Shown here piece after piece: positions 27,582 through 41,366 of a DNA stretch of 64,000 nt. Both the position numbers and the translations under genes were made by a program. The notes below the pieces were generated by a model that saw only the letters and a program-made list of their open reading frames with translations, was not told the DNA's origin and ran no database searches. This DNA is from Trichoplax adhaerens (Eukaryota; Animalia; Placozoa). The first letter of the stretch is position 1; each line of letters starts with the position of its first letter. The DNA is taken from contig NW_002060957.1 in NCBI RefSeq assembly GCF_000150275.1, positions 633,767-697,766 of the forward strand, in the 5' to 3' direction.

Positions 27582-30500
27582 TTAATGTTTAGCATGAGGT
27601 GGTAAAGCTATCACTCTTGGTCTATTTGTTAAACTAATTTCACTAATACTAGCTTCGGTTAAGATATTTAAGACTGTGTTTTCCAAGATCGATTCAATTA
27701 AATTTGATACTTCTGGTATTCTATAATATAAAATATTTTTGAAATGTTTCAAATTTAGAATTAATCCTGATAATCATTACGTTGTAAAATCTAGAACTTA
27801 GAAAATAGAAGCAAAATAATATATTCTTTAAAGATGATAATCTAAATGTACTGATAAACTATGCAGAAAAATACAAACATTTATAATACCATTTACAATT
27901 AAATATACTCTTACTGTAGAAGATTATTATTATCTGTTACTGGTCAATTAGAATAAGCGTAAAGAATAAGCTAGCTGAATTATCGGAAGAATCTATACGC
28001 AACAACGTACATATATACTAAATATCAAATTTAATCTATGTTGCTAGTTAAATTTTTTTAGCCTAATGCAAACATTCATACGTACAGACTTATTTAATTA
28101 CCTAGCAATACTTTCATCGGTAATGCAGTCTTCGGTCGCAATCTCTATTATGGATTTTTTATTATCATCAATTAGATTATTTGCTACTTCTTCATCTCTA
28201 TTTAAGCTCTGGTACTCTTCCTATAAATTAATCAATAACGTTTTTTCATGAAAGAAATTAGCAATATTGCATTATGCAAAACATATCATTACTGTGTGAA
28301 ATTAATATAAATCGTAATTTAAGAAATTTAAAACGATAAATACAAACCGTTGAGGGAGTTGGAGATTTTTGATCTACCGTTGAGGTAGGATTATTCTCAT
28401 CGGATTGATTAGTTATTGGATTATCGCCAACGGCATCAATTTGGCCATCATCTGTACGGTCATCCATAACGCTACTTGTCTGAATATGGCCCAGTTGTTT
28501 AAAATACGGGACAGGCTCAGTATAGAGATTGGAAATGACATCGATAAAATCATGATCACGTATAAGATTCCTATATTGCAAGCAAATTGAAAATAAATGA
28601 GTACGCAAACCTATTTTTATTTGGCAATAGCAACCAATATCTTGATTTTTTTATTAGAATAAACTTATATAATATTCTATTTTGCAATCTTTAAGCCATT
28701 ACTCGACTCTATTACTGTAAGTATTCTACTAATAAATGATTGAACTTACTTCACCATATCTGAGATAGCATTAGCTACGATATCTCTTTCCTCTAGTAAG
28801 CAAGTAGTCCAAGTGTTTTCTTCATCTACAGCTGATGATCTATCCAATAAATATTTCTGATAATTTCCAGCTATACTTCTACAAATATTATAAGGAAAGT
28901 TACCATACTGCAATAATAGCTTTATACGTCTTTAAATTCATTTTGTTGCTTGAATTTATCTTGCTTACCTATCCATATGAAAATTGGTGATTTTGCCGGG
29001 AAAATTGGCTTGATAATCCTTTAATGAATGAGTTCGAGCATTTAAGCCAAGATATAGAATAAATGGTTGAGGAATTTTGGGTGGATCATGACTATCGGTT
29101 TTCGTAGTCTAATTTGTACGTAATCGTATCAAAGCAGGTAGAAGATTAAATAAATGAAATTTTGAATCTTTGAAAAGAATCTATTTGAAATTGGGTTTTA
29201 ACACATATTCCAGAAAAGATACTTGTTATTATAGATCGAGTACAATATTCATATATACCTTTTGTCTACTGCGGCCTTTCTTCTCCATAATCCTGGTATC
29301 TGATTGCAAGAATGGTTTAATAGGGGGTAAAGCCTAGAAATTAAAGCAGAATCTTTAAATAATGAAATTTACTGGTAGATTTGATCAAGTAATTTGAGTA
29401 TATGGCATAGAGGGCTATCATACCTGATATTTTTTGGCGATACGTTCAGCAGCATTACTCGTCTGCATTTTATTCTGTAAAATGTCAAATTTACTTTAGT
29501 ATCAACAGAGTAAAGATGCTCTTTTACTCAAAATGCTCACTTTTGAGGGTAATCAGCGCTATTACGCAATATAAGATCTCACTATTTTATTGTTAAAGTG
29601 ATAACCTGGGATTCAGTGGCATTCATGTGCTCTTCATTTTCTCCATTTCCTTCTTCCTGGAGATTGTTTTCTGTAATAGTAAACGTATGCTTTCTTTCTT
29701 CTTCCTTGGTTTCCCATAATTTTAATTTTTTCTGATAGATTGCCATCTCAGTTTCATCAATGATCTGTAATAGCATAGAATAGGTCATTGAATAAAATTG
29801 TACTTTTGAAATCATGAATTACTCATAGCTTATTACCTCACAAGGAATATCAATTTCGAAAAATGAAGGAACCGTATAGGAAGAGAAATCAACCTGTAAT
29901 ATAACCGCAGGATAGATTGAGTAACTTTGTAATATTTCATTCTAATGACTTTAATCATGTTTTGGATATTATTTGAATCTATTAAAAGAAGTCAATGACG
30001 AAAGTACTCATTTTACCTTGACTAAAATAGATTCTTCAGCTGCTAGACGACCTCGAGGTGGATTAATAGTGATAGTCTGATGGCTGGTTTTAGTTGGAAG
30101 TTTCCAATTATAGGATACAACATGCTTTGATTTATTAATTAAAAATAGGATCCTTCTTTCATTGGAGTATAGCGGTAAATTGCCGAATGAAATCCTCTCT
30201 TGAGATAAATAAGCGAGCTAGATAACACGTTATCAAGATTATAAATGAATATTAGAGATTTAGGATCACATTTGTTCAAATGTAACAATTGGATGTAATA
30301 GTGGCGGCCAATATCAAGCATTGCTAATGAGTAAAAGAGGTTATCTAATTGTTAGGCTTAGCTTCATATGATCAGTTATCACAATTTGTCTCATTTATAC
30401 CTGGTCCGGAATGTCCACTAACTGAATTGGAGGAACACTAGTAAGATGGCTTTGATCAGTAAATGGCATAGAATCACCCATAAATCGTTGATCATATCCT

Positions 30501-33500
30501 ACGCCATAAAATGTGACTAAATGGGTTTCCACTCCAAGAATATGAACAGGAACATCGACCTGTAAATGTTCAAGAGGTTTGTGAAACTTGGAACAGTTTA
30601 TTATCACAATTAGTATAGCGATGGCAATTATTGAGATCTATTTGCAATTCATTAAACAGCTTTGATCTATAACTAGTTAATGAAAGTATTCTACTAATGA
30701 AGATTTAGTGGCTACTATAATTAGTAAGCAAGAGAAACTGGCAGCTGCGTCGATCTTTTTTTTGCAAATAAATTAAGGGGAAACTAATTTATTACTGCCA
30801 CAGCTATGAAGATATTCCATTAAACAAGATTAGCTAGCAGGTATACTGCTAACAGGCAAAAAAGTGAATATCGTGACTATTAATGTTTTTTATAAGGTTT
30901 TTGATAGTAAAGAACTTACACTATATGTCTTGGCCTCAATTGGTGAAAATACCCATTCTATTTGAGCACGTTGCCCGGGAGCAATTTGACCAGTAGGATT
31001 TAGACATTGAAAGATGTTGCAATGATAATTGTCCTAACATAACGAGATCATAAGAATTAACATTCAGTATAGTATTTTAGGGGGCTCGATAAGCTAAGGG
31101 AGCTTGAATAAACAGAAAGTATAGTTCTAGTTGAACATTTTCAAAAGACTTTAATTATCTCACTCTATCCTCGCCGAATGCAACCAGAACCAATACACTA
31201 GTCTAACACCAAAACTTACCATTTTTAAGTTATCACAGGGAGACAAATCTAGCTCGTAATTCACAGTTTGTCCTCCACCATTATATAGCTCATAAACCTA
31301 TAATATAGTAATGAATTATGATTTACTTTTACCAAGAACTCTTCTTTAGATTATTTTGGAGCATAGAATAGCGCCTACTGAAGTTATCTTACCTGCTTTG
31401 GATATGTTATACTACCAATTGGCATGGCCATAAACTGATGGCTGTTGCTTGGAAAATGAACGTATTTTGCTGAAGCTTCCACGGTAACCCCAACAAAATT
31501 AATCTAGCAATGAAAATAAAAATCGATTAAAATCTGTGATCAATCTACCAACACCAGGATTAGCAGCCAGCAATTCCATATCCCATAATTAATCATTACT
31601 TACCAAGACTTCTCTGCCTTTGCTAACTTTGAAAATGACTGGTAAGCGGTCAGTGTTAGGCATAATATGGCTAAATATCAAAATATAAGATGATTAACTA
31701 TTTTTGTGGTAGTTAGACATTGTAAATAACAATCTAGGTACCTATGAATCACGACCTAAGATTGATTAAATCTAGAAATAACCTACCGGTAGGAAAATGT
31801 GACCACTTGAGTTTCGTCAGGCTGCAGGTTACCTTTACTTGGTGTTATGGTAAATAATTTGTTATCCATCACATGCATCTAGTAAGTAGTGAGAAAGATT
31901 AGTATCAAATTGACTTAGAGCACTCTTTGATACTAGATTGAAACGCAAGAATGGGTATGCTAACATCATATAGTTCATCTCGCGAATAGTCGCCATTTTC
32001 TGCCCAAAATTCAAGGTCTAATTGGAAATCGGTTGGAAATAAGAAGGCCCTAGAATGAAATATAGTAAAATTGATTCAGCTATTGATTCTGAACTAGTTT
32101 CTGCTGTCGTTTCGAGGTTTAAATAATTAAAAATCAATGAAATTAAAATTGAATTTTAAAATTGAAGTAGATATGGTATTCGATATGAAAGTAAAGTGAT
32201 AGTACAGATTATCTCAGCCTATTTCAATATAAAAAAGCTTGATATAGATTGTAAAATTATCTTGTTAAAATCCTTACCAATCTGTAGGAACTGGTCCTGT
32301 ATTCTTAAGCATAAGATAGGCCGTACCCGGTGGACTATCGACTGGAGCTGAACCAAAATTAAAATCTAATACCGCTTTAGTATTAATGGGTGGTCGTCGT
32401 CTAGTGCTAGAAAATAGTTGAAATTAATCGTGTTAGCCAAATAATTAACCATGAATCCAGCATTACATTGACGGAGTAGAAACTGTTTTTACCTGTGCCT
32501 GGTGACTACTGAATACATTGTTTCTGCTGGAGAAGGATCGGAAGACATTGTCATGTTGAAGCTGATAGTTAAATGATAAAATAGATCGTGAATTTATGGG
32601 GTAGCTATGGTCTCAGAGCTTGTTGCTGCCCAATATCATGTTTAAATAGGAACCTTAAATATGAAAAGCGGTTAAAAATCAAATGATTCTTACCTGTCCA
32701 AGTTGAATAATTTCCAGAGCCCAACTTTACTTATATTCGATGTGCTACTGCAACGAGCATCGACAATTTTGACCGTAGGATAAATTCCTATCACCTTCAA
32801 TTGGCATAATATTGGATTTGAACATTCAATAGTTTGATTCATGCCATCCGCTAGTCAGAAAATAAAATAAGTAAAATCAGAGATGTTATTTATCACGATT
32901 CTTAAAGGATTTCAGTTTAGTGAAGAAAAGTCTGAATTGAATACAAAGGTAGCTTACAAGTTGGAGTTAATAGCTTATAACGGATGATTAATTGATACTG
33001 AAATCTCTGCTTTGGCCTAACTGTGGCAGTAATGTTCAGCATAGAACGGGCAGGGATGACACCTTCCATCTTGTCTACATCCAAGACTAATCAGAATAAT
33101 AGAGGTAATAAAATGAATAAATAAAACAAGTTTATAGCAGGTAGAGAACAATTTAGTAGGCAAAGGCCATACTTATATCATCATTAGAAGGATAATTTTG
33201 ATCATAAGGTCCAGATATCGATTGTTCTAAGCTCAATTGATAGAGTAAGTTGCATTTACTGCTATTACTAATAGTAATATTTTGACTAGCTGCAGAGCCA
33301 ACGACAACATTGCCGAAATCAAATTCAGTTGGATCAGCCTGAATTGTAATAAAACAGTCTTTCATTAATATTTTACCTTGATCATCATCGGTAGAGGCGT
33401 TTTTACTAAAAGGAGAAACAATTTGGCAATAGTAACTTACTTCTATGTCTCCAACAGAACCTTCGCCAATGATACGAACGAAAAATGATGATTTTTGAAT

Positions 33501-36500
33501 TTGGGAGCTATGAAAATGAATTAGCCACGCATTGAGATACCAAAATTACATTTATTATTCAATTCACGAAAATAAAATTTAATTTATATATAAGTTTCCT
33601 ACCTTTCCAGATGAGAATCTTTTTCAAAATGCGCTTTTAAATATGCTTTTATCATGTATTTGACTTCCGATTTTGGAACAAACGTCCACTTGTGATTCTA
33701 TTCCATGCAATTAGATAAGATTGTTAGCTATGTATGAAACTAGATAGAATAATTGGTTGATACGGCAAGCATTGTAAGGGAATAGACATAAGATAATTAG
33801 ATAATAATATATGAAACTAGATAAGATTACTACTTCCTATTTTTCCCGTTGAAAGAGACTAGGTTAGGTATTAGCTTAATTAAAGTAAACCCAAGAAGCA
33901 GTAGCGTTGATGATACCAGCATAGAAACTTTTCTTAAGAATTGAATTTAAAAATTTTTTTTAATCATACCTGGACTTCATTAGGATATATAATGCCTGTT
34001 GAAGGTTGAACTTGAACTATTTCTTGATCGGATATATGAATACGCCATTGATATCTAGAAAGAATCAAGGTTTTACGTTACTCTGATATTATATTGCTCA
34101 TATCTGTAGATATTGACAACGGTAAATTAATGGGTTAGCATACCTGATTGGTAATTTGGTTACATTTTTAATAGCATAATTTCGAGTTGATGCCGTTCCT
34201 AATCCGGTTGGCTTAAAGTATAGCGCACCCTAAATAGTATGAATGTGATAATAATGACTAAATCACTCTGCGTGAGAATTTTTGAGCACAATCAATTGTT
34301 ATTTTGCCGTACATCATTATCCAAATAGATTCTTGGTACTTCAGCAGCGCAAATCACTTTCAAATTCTAGAAGATTTGAAAAATTTTGCATTTAGAATCT
34401 TACATTTTTTAAATCACTATGAAATGCGGTAATTCGAGTTTACTTGAATATGCTTCTCTGATTCATTAAATTTACACTTGATTGTCGACTTATAAATCTT
34501 ATTTTCTTCAGGTCTTAATTTTAGAGATAAAATCTAAACAGAATCATGTATAATCGTTAATATCTGGACGTAATATAAACGAGTGTATCATGATTAAAAT
34601 TTCTAAGTAAGCGTGACTCATTGAACTACCTGATATTCTTTCTGCAATAGTCCTTTCCTTGGGATAATGGTAGTTAATCTAGATCATAGTACATATAAAA
34701 TATTTTATTTAATGTTACAATAAAGATAAAATGTCTAGTATTTAAAATGATAATAAAATAAATTAAGAACTTGCAATACCCTAATTGCTCTTCAAGAAAT
34801 TCATAATCGATTGGATTAGAACCAGCATTACTTAATAGTAAAGTTCGATAAGATTCTTCATTCGCACTGACGGTCGGAAAAATCTACATTGCGAAATAAT
34901 CATGAGAAGTGAATTTATTATTTATCTTGATATCCTGACTTGCAGTTTTTGTTATTTAGAAATCAAAATAATATTCCACTATTTAATTCTTGTTACCAAT
35001 TCATGATTTTCAAATTTGTATCTTGGTAAATAGGTATCGACTGTAGATCTGAATGTATGACCTAATTCGATAATCGATATTTAAAATAAGTCAAAGATAT
35101 TTAAGGCTGATATTAATTTACGTCTATAATATTCATTACCTGAAAGTGTTACTGTCAAACACCAAGGTGGCATGATAGTATGATCGGTGACTAATCGATA
35201 TTCTCTCATACTCTGCAAGAAATGTATTTCGATAATTACGATTATTTATTCAACTAGTTTTGCAGATACTGCTTTGCCATCATTCTAGTAAATATTTTCT
35301 TACCTTGTAGCCAGCATAGCATTCTAATTCAGCTTCATAAAACTGATTAGGGGAGTTCTAAATTATCCAAATGGATACAGAAAGCAGAAATAATTTTGTT
35401 ACTGCTTTCTTATATCATAGCATTTACCTTTAGCGATCTTATTAAAAGTTGATTGATATACAATAGTTACTAAAGATTATTTATTTTACCGGTTTAAAAG
35501 TGACAACGAAAGAAGCAGATTTTAATGGTTGGATGGTGGTTACATCAGGAGTGATCGAAAAGACATTCTGAATATCTATCAAAGAGATTGGACAAATTAT
35601 GGCCGATTTATTATTTAGAACTAGATTTAGGTTTTATAAACCAGGTTAGAACAGACAAATAATGCATGCATAATATCTTACTAGTGATCCAGCAGCAACA
35701 AATTTTCCCTCTTGTATGATTTGCAATCGTAATATTCTGTCATAATGTAAATAAACAATCGATTTAGATCTTTATTAATTTGTACTATAATATTTGTGAA
35801 GGGTATAGATGCAAGATTAAATCAAAGGATAACTGACCCTTTGCTCGAATGATTTTATATTTGGACATGATCCAAAATTGACTTGTTGCTGATCGAGGCT
35901 TACATGTGGAGATACAATCTGAAAGTTTTTGGTATAAATAAAAATATAAAACTAGGCCATCTATCATAGGAGACTGATCTATCCTAATAAAGTTTGAAAT
36001 ACCTTTTCAACATTATCCGCTAGATCAAAATATTCTTCTTGCGTTGTCAATGGAATATAGGGTCGTAAATAAGGCTCAAATGCTTCGGCTTCCTTTACCA
36101 TAATAGCACCTTCACTATCCAAGCTTACTTTGCCTTCTTTTAGCATTTCGCTTAAAAACTAATTGATAAAGTAGCAAGACATTGGAAAATCTTGTTGTTA
36201 TCCTATTAAAATCAAAATGCTTTGGCCTTGATACAATTAAAAAAATTGAGGGTTTATGTTACCTCTGGCGGGAAGATAGTAAGGCCTCTCTCTTCAAGCT
36301 TTCTGAATCTGTGTACATGTTTTGCATGTATCACGGCTAACGTATAATGAAGGAATTTTTAAGTAATTAAATACTCTAATATTATAACGAAAGGACGAAA
36401 AGATGATATAAAATTTCAGATATGAAACTGACCTGGTCTTTCCTGCTCCGTAAAGCTACTACCAAATAGCTCGATTGCTCTCGTTTCCTAAATTTGATAA

Positions 36501-38903
36501 ATTTAATAATAAGCGTAATCAAATATTGTATAATTCTTGGCAAATAAAGTTATAGTGAAAAAAAATAGCAAAATTCTATCTTTCTATCATTCATTACTTG
36601 GTTATGGACCACTAGAAAGACTTTCCTATAGTAGCTGATTGTCAGCGCCGGCTTAAAGACAATTTTGATAGCTTCGGAATGATTAGGTGGTAGCTGGCCA
36701 CAAGTCTTGCTAAATTTAAATACGCTATTGCTATCATCGATGCGAAACTGTAGCAAAATCATATATACCAGTTCACTTATAGTTAGTTATGCATGCATTA
36801 AATTAAAAAGAATCACATCTAAGATCTGTATTATTAAAGTAATGCTATGCTATTTTTATAAGATTTACCTGATAATATCCATGCACATTGGAATGATTGA
36901 TTAAAGTTATAACGCGTGTTACTTCTTGATCAACGCAGGTACTACCAAAGCTTACTAACGTATTATCAATTTCAATTTTTGATCCTAGAAGATTCAATTT
37001 TGGTTAATTATCATAATGAAAACACTCAATAGAGTCAAGATAACTGGAGACTAAAGATTATGCATAGAAATAATCACCAACCGATTGCATTGCCTTCACA
37101 TTTAACCACATTTGCCGTAGCCCTGCTGCTTATAACTGAGATGCTAAAATAATCGATATTTCTTTCCTTAACGGTTTTAGGATAGTAGACAAGCTAAATT
37201 TAAACCAATTTCTAGTTAGTATGCTCATATAGGCAACAAATAAAAATGTAGCTTAAACTGATTACTAAAGCAAAGAAACTGATAATTTACCTGAATCTTC
37301 TCAACACCATCAGGTGGAATAACGCCTCCAACCTTTTCGCAAGTGTAATAAATCTCAATTTCATCACCTTTTGATGGTTGCATAATATGGTATGGGGCTG
37401 GAACCTGTAAGTTTAATGTATATAAATGTTCATTATAAACCTGTAGTGAAGGCCGATACTGTGTATAGTAGTTACTTAGTAAATTACTTACGGATGATAA
37501 GTTTCGTAATTCGATCCATTTTTCCTGCTTTGTACCAACAGGGACATCACCAAAATTGACAATAATTTCATTCTCATTATCAGAACGCAACGAGCCAGGT
37601 GGGCCATTTACGACAATATGTGGGTATTTTCCTATTAAAGCAGATATCATTAGCCTGAAATATCTAAAACTAATAGAGTAGCACACCTAAAAATTTCTGA
37701 TTCGTATGTCGGTTTATTTTAGAACTCACCAATTCCTTCAAATTCCACCAGACGTGACTTTACAAAATCAGGACCATATTTGCAAACTGCAGTTGCATTG
37801 TAGCAATGAGCACTCTAATCGAATGGAATCATATCATCCGTATTAATGATAATTCAATTTTTAACCGGTCTGAGATAACTACAAAAATAGAAGTATTTTA
37901 ACTAACCTTTGGATGAAATGCAGCATGCATAGTACATGACGTTTTCGGCTCTAAAATACCTTGGGCTGGCTCAAGAGTAAATGGTCCACTAATATCCCAA
38001 TGAAATGTTGTCTTGAGATCGCTATGGTAGGGAGGATTACAATACTGCAAGCTTAATCATCTTTAAATTAGAGTAAATGTTTTTTCTATCACATTTTACC
38101 TTGTATTCTTTAATTCAAATGTTGTTTCTCGGGCGTCATTAACAGCACACATGCTAAAATTTTGCGATTTAGGAGCGATTAAGACGGGCTCAATCACGAT
38201 TGCTTTCACAGCAATCTTGAAACGATACTCCTAATTATTGTAACAAATTAAATGATGTCAGTTGAAGATTTATAAGCTTTCCATAACTACTGTTATTATA
38301 ATTTTGTTAACCTTGGATTGAAATTCGATCTGATCTTCATAGGTATTCTATGATTTTAATATCGTCGTAAGAAATATAAATTAGTAACTTGGCGATTGTT
38401 GATGACTGTTAATCAATAGTACTTAGAGTTATTTACCTTTTCTAACGGACGAAACGTAATAGGTAAGGTAAAGCTTGTTCCTGCGCTTAGTGTTATGACT
38501 TTAGGATATAAAGTTGTGAAATATCGAGTCGTTGGTACTCTATGATAAGTAAGAATAAATTTCTTGTTGCTGTTATACCGTACATGGACAATTTTTAATC
38601 ATATTTCATCTTGCTACAAACAACATGTAGTACTGTACTTATAAATTGTCGACACTAATTTAATTGGTAAGAAATTCATCATATCAATTTCTACATTCTT
38701 ATCGATATCATTTTATGGACGCTCTTTATGCAAATTACAACTTACAGAAATTGCAATTTCTGGGTTTTCACGTTGCTGTTCTTAATCACTAACTGTTTAG
38801 TATATTCGCCACCAGGTTCCCATCCTTTCCACAGAATTTGCTTTGGAGCTTCGATGCCAAAAAAGCTGGCAATATGTCCTGACTCCGTAGCCACTGCCAT
38901 CAT
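27582..38903 (-). CDS. CFAP65: Cilia- and flagella-associated protein 65 (CCDC108), multi-exon
   Basis: The N-terminus FFGIEAPKQILWKGWEPGGEYTKQLVIKN / RVPTTRYFTTLYPKVITLSAGTSFTLPITFRPLEK and the C-terminus ILENTVLNILTEASISEISLTNRPRVIALPP match CFAP65. Repeated ASH/Ig-like FG-x-V motifs lie between them. Confidence 0.93.
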
Positions 38904-39630
38904 TAATCAAATGGAAGTTGACAACACTAATAGGAATAGTACAGTTTCATTTTTAGCTCTTTAGCTAGATATTTCAAGATATCGCTATCTTGTTATAACC
39001 GATCTCTGCACTTCTATGTTACTATTTCACTAGACGATGGAAAAGCTATACGGAAATCCTCAATGGTAAAACTGATTGCAAGCTAGTTACTTTACAAGAG
39101 AATCAATTAAAGAAACGATAAGTTAGCTCTTATAAAATGCTTTGACTGATGATTGCCCATGGGTACGATTGCTATAACATCAAATAAAATTGTAGCCTTA
39201 TAAACATCTTAAAATGGCGAGAATAAGATAGTTGTTGTTATAAGCAAAGATATTACTATCCTTCATCAAATGCGGCGCCACGACTCTCATGAGCGTTGTG
39301 TATATTATATCAAATTATAAATCTAATTTTACATTATATTATCAGCCATATTTGATTATTATATTGTAAATTATGGTAGAATGTTTTGCCATCTTACCTA
39401 ATTGATTGAATTCAGTAGAGAAGTATCAGCAGAGTCTTATCCTGTAACTGAAGCGATCACGACTTCTATTATTAATTTACCTTCACTTCTTGAAGATGGA
39501 ATGGTTGGAGTTTAAATTAAATTCAAATCTATAAGATAACTCAATAGAAATTAGGCCAAAGTTAACTTAAGCCCATCTATGCCACAGTATATGGTGTTCA
39601 AGTGTTAAACTTAAGCTAGCATCCTTGCCT

Positions 39631-39644
39631 GTTGCTATGGAAAC
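39631..39644. promoter_or_regulatory. RFX X-box in the CFAP65 promoter region
   Basis: GTTGCTATGGAAAC is a canonical X-box ~730 bp upstream of the CFAP65 ATG. A minus-strand GTAAG donor near 39395 suggests a 5'UTR exon just downstream of it. Confidence 0.75.
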
Positions 39645-41157
39645 TTGAACAATACATACAAGTTCATCATGTACAGTTGTTAGATGTTATTGTTTTATAT
39701 ACATTCATTCACTATATAAGCGCATTCGTTCTTTACCGATTTGTATTTTAAAGTCTGCTTATATTAAAATTCTAACTGAATCGATAAGAATTACATATAA
39801 TTATGTATAATCTTCACGCTACATTAAAGATATGCTTATATGGCATACTATAAATCTAGTGATGGCTATATAAAATGTCATTTTAAAGATATCTCTTGTT
39901 CTCTTCTAGCTTCTACTTCAAATAGTAGATGATGTTATAACTCCAATTTGAATAGCTTTGAATAGTGAATTATATAAATGGAACATATCATATAGATTCT
40001 CTAATCATTGCTCACGTAATGGAGCAAATTTTTAATAAAAAAATGTTACGGCGAATTAGGAGTATAAAATTTTCTTCGGTAGTAGCATTTTTCGATACTA
40101 AATTACTGCAATATACTGTTTAAATTAGGACTATATACTCGTAAATAACCATGTACCGAGTACTTTCTTCTGTAATACTTAAAGTTATAATTTAGCTATT
40201 GCTGATAAGGTGGTTCTATATTTATTAGTTTGACAGTTTTCTTATTGGCTACTCTCATCATAAAACTACTCAATGATATCATTTTGATACCGGTTTGATT
40301 GATATGCTGCATAAAATATCATGATATAATCTGTCTTCTAATCCATTTATGATACATCTCAGCGAACGAAGAAGTCGTTTTCATAAGCATGCAAATGTAA
40401 GGGTCAACCAATCCTATAAATGCTTCTTCATGGGTATGCAATACTTTGCGTCCTAGCTGCATTTCAGTGCTGATTCATATTCAAGTCATGCTTTAAATGA
40501 TACTCTTGATAAAGGAATATACGTGACAAGTAGTAGTTATTATTAATCTGCAATGGGATTCCACAACTTATAAAAGCATTACGGCATATCATTACAAACT
40601 TTTAGCAGTTATTAACGCCATTTAGTGTTGGCTGCCTCTATATCAACTAATGATTCATATTATAGTTCTCCATGATCGATGTACCTACTCAAACATATGA
40701 TACAAAGAGTTATCTTGTTACCTATGCAAGATTAAAGTATTAGGCCTGTTTTAGTAACGATTCGATTGCATCCTGTTGCAATCTCTGATAATTAATAGAA
40801 TAGAATGAACTAGATAGAAAGCATCATTAGATGCTATCGAAAACTTCTGAGTAATGCTTATTATCGACGGAATCGTGATAGTGAGAGTGAAAATACTACC
40901 ATCGCTCTTAAAATTACTAGTTGCTATTGAAAGAGGTAATCATAACACTCCTAACCAATCTGGCTATAATTCTTCCTGGTTAAACCCATGTGTACCATAA
41001 TTTAGGTTATGTGCATTGGATTTTTGATTATTATATGCATGCTACAGCATTCTAGGCCCTATACATTACTATTATGTTAGTAGTGGCCAGTACAGCAGTA
41101 TTAATCAATGAAAAGTTCTATAAATGATCGCATAGATCTATATAAGCACAGGGTTAC

Positions 41158-41171
41158 GTTACTATGGTATC
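41158..41171. promoter_or_regulatory. X-box-like site upstream of the orphan gene
   Basis: GTTACTATGGTATC lies ~200 bp before the ATG at 41367, with a half-site GTTGCTA at ~41203. Confidence 0.5.
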
Positions 41172-41366
41172 CATGTCTAGACTGCCCATACGTCAAAGCA
41201 CTTGTTGCTAAGTAGATTATGAATAAGCTTATTCACGTTATTGCCTACGCCAATTATTAATATATAATTACATCGTTGGAGCAAATTAAAATCACCAACT
41301 TATAAACCGGTGTTTGACGTGATTCTTTCCTAATCTTAGCAATAAGTTAAGATTATATAATTAATA

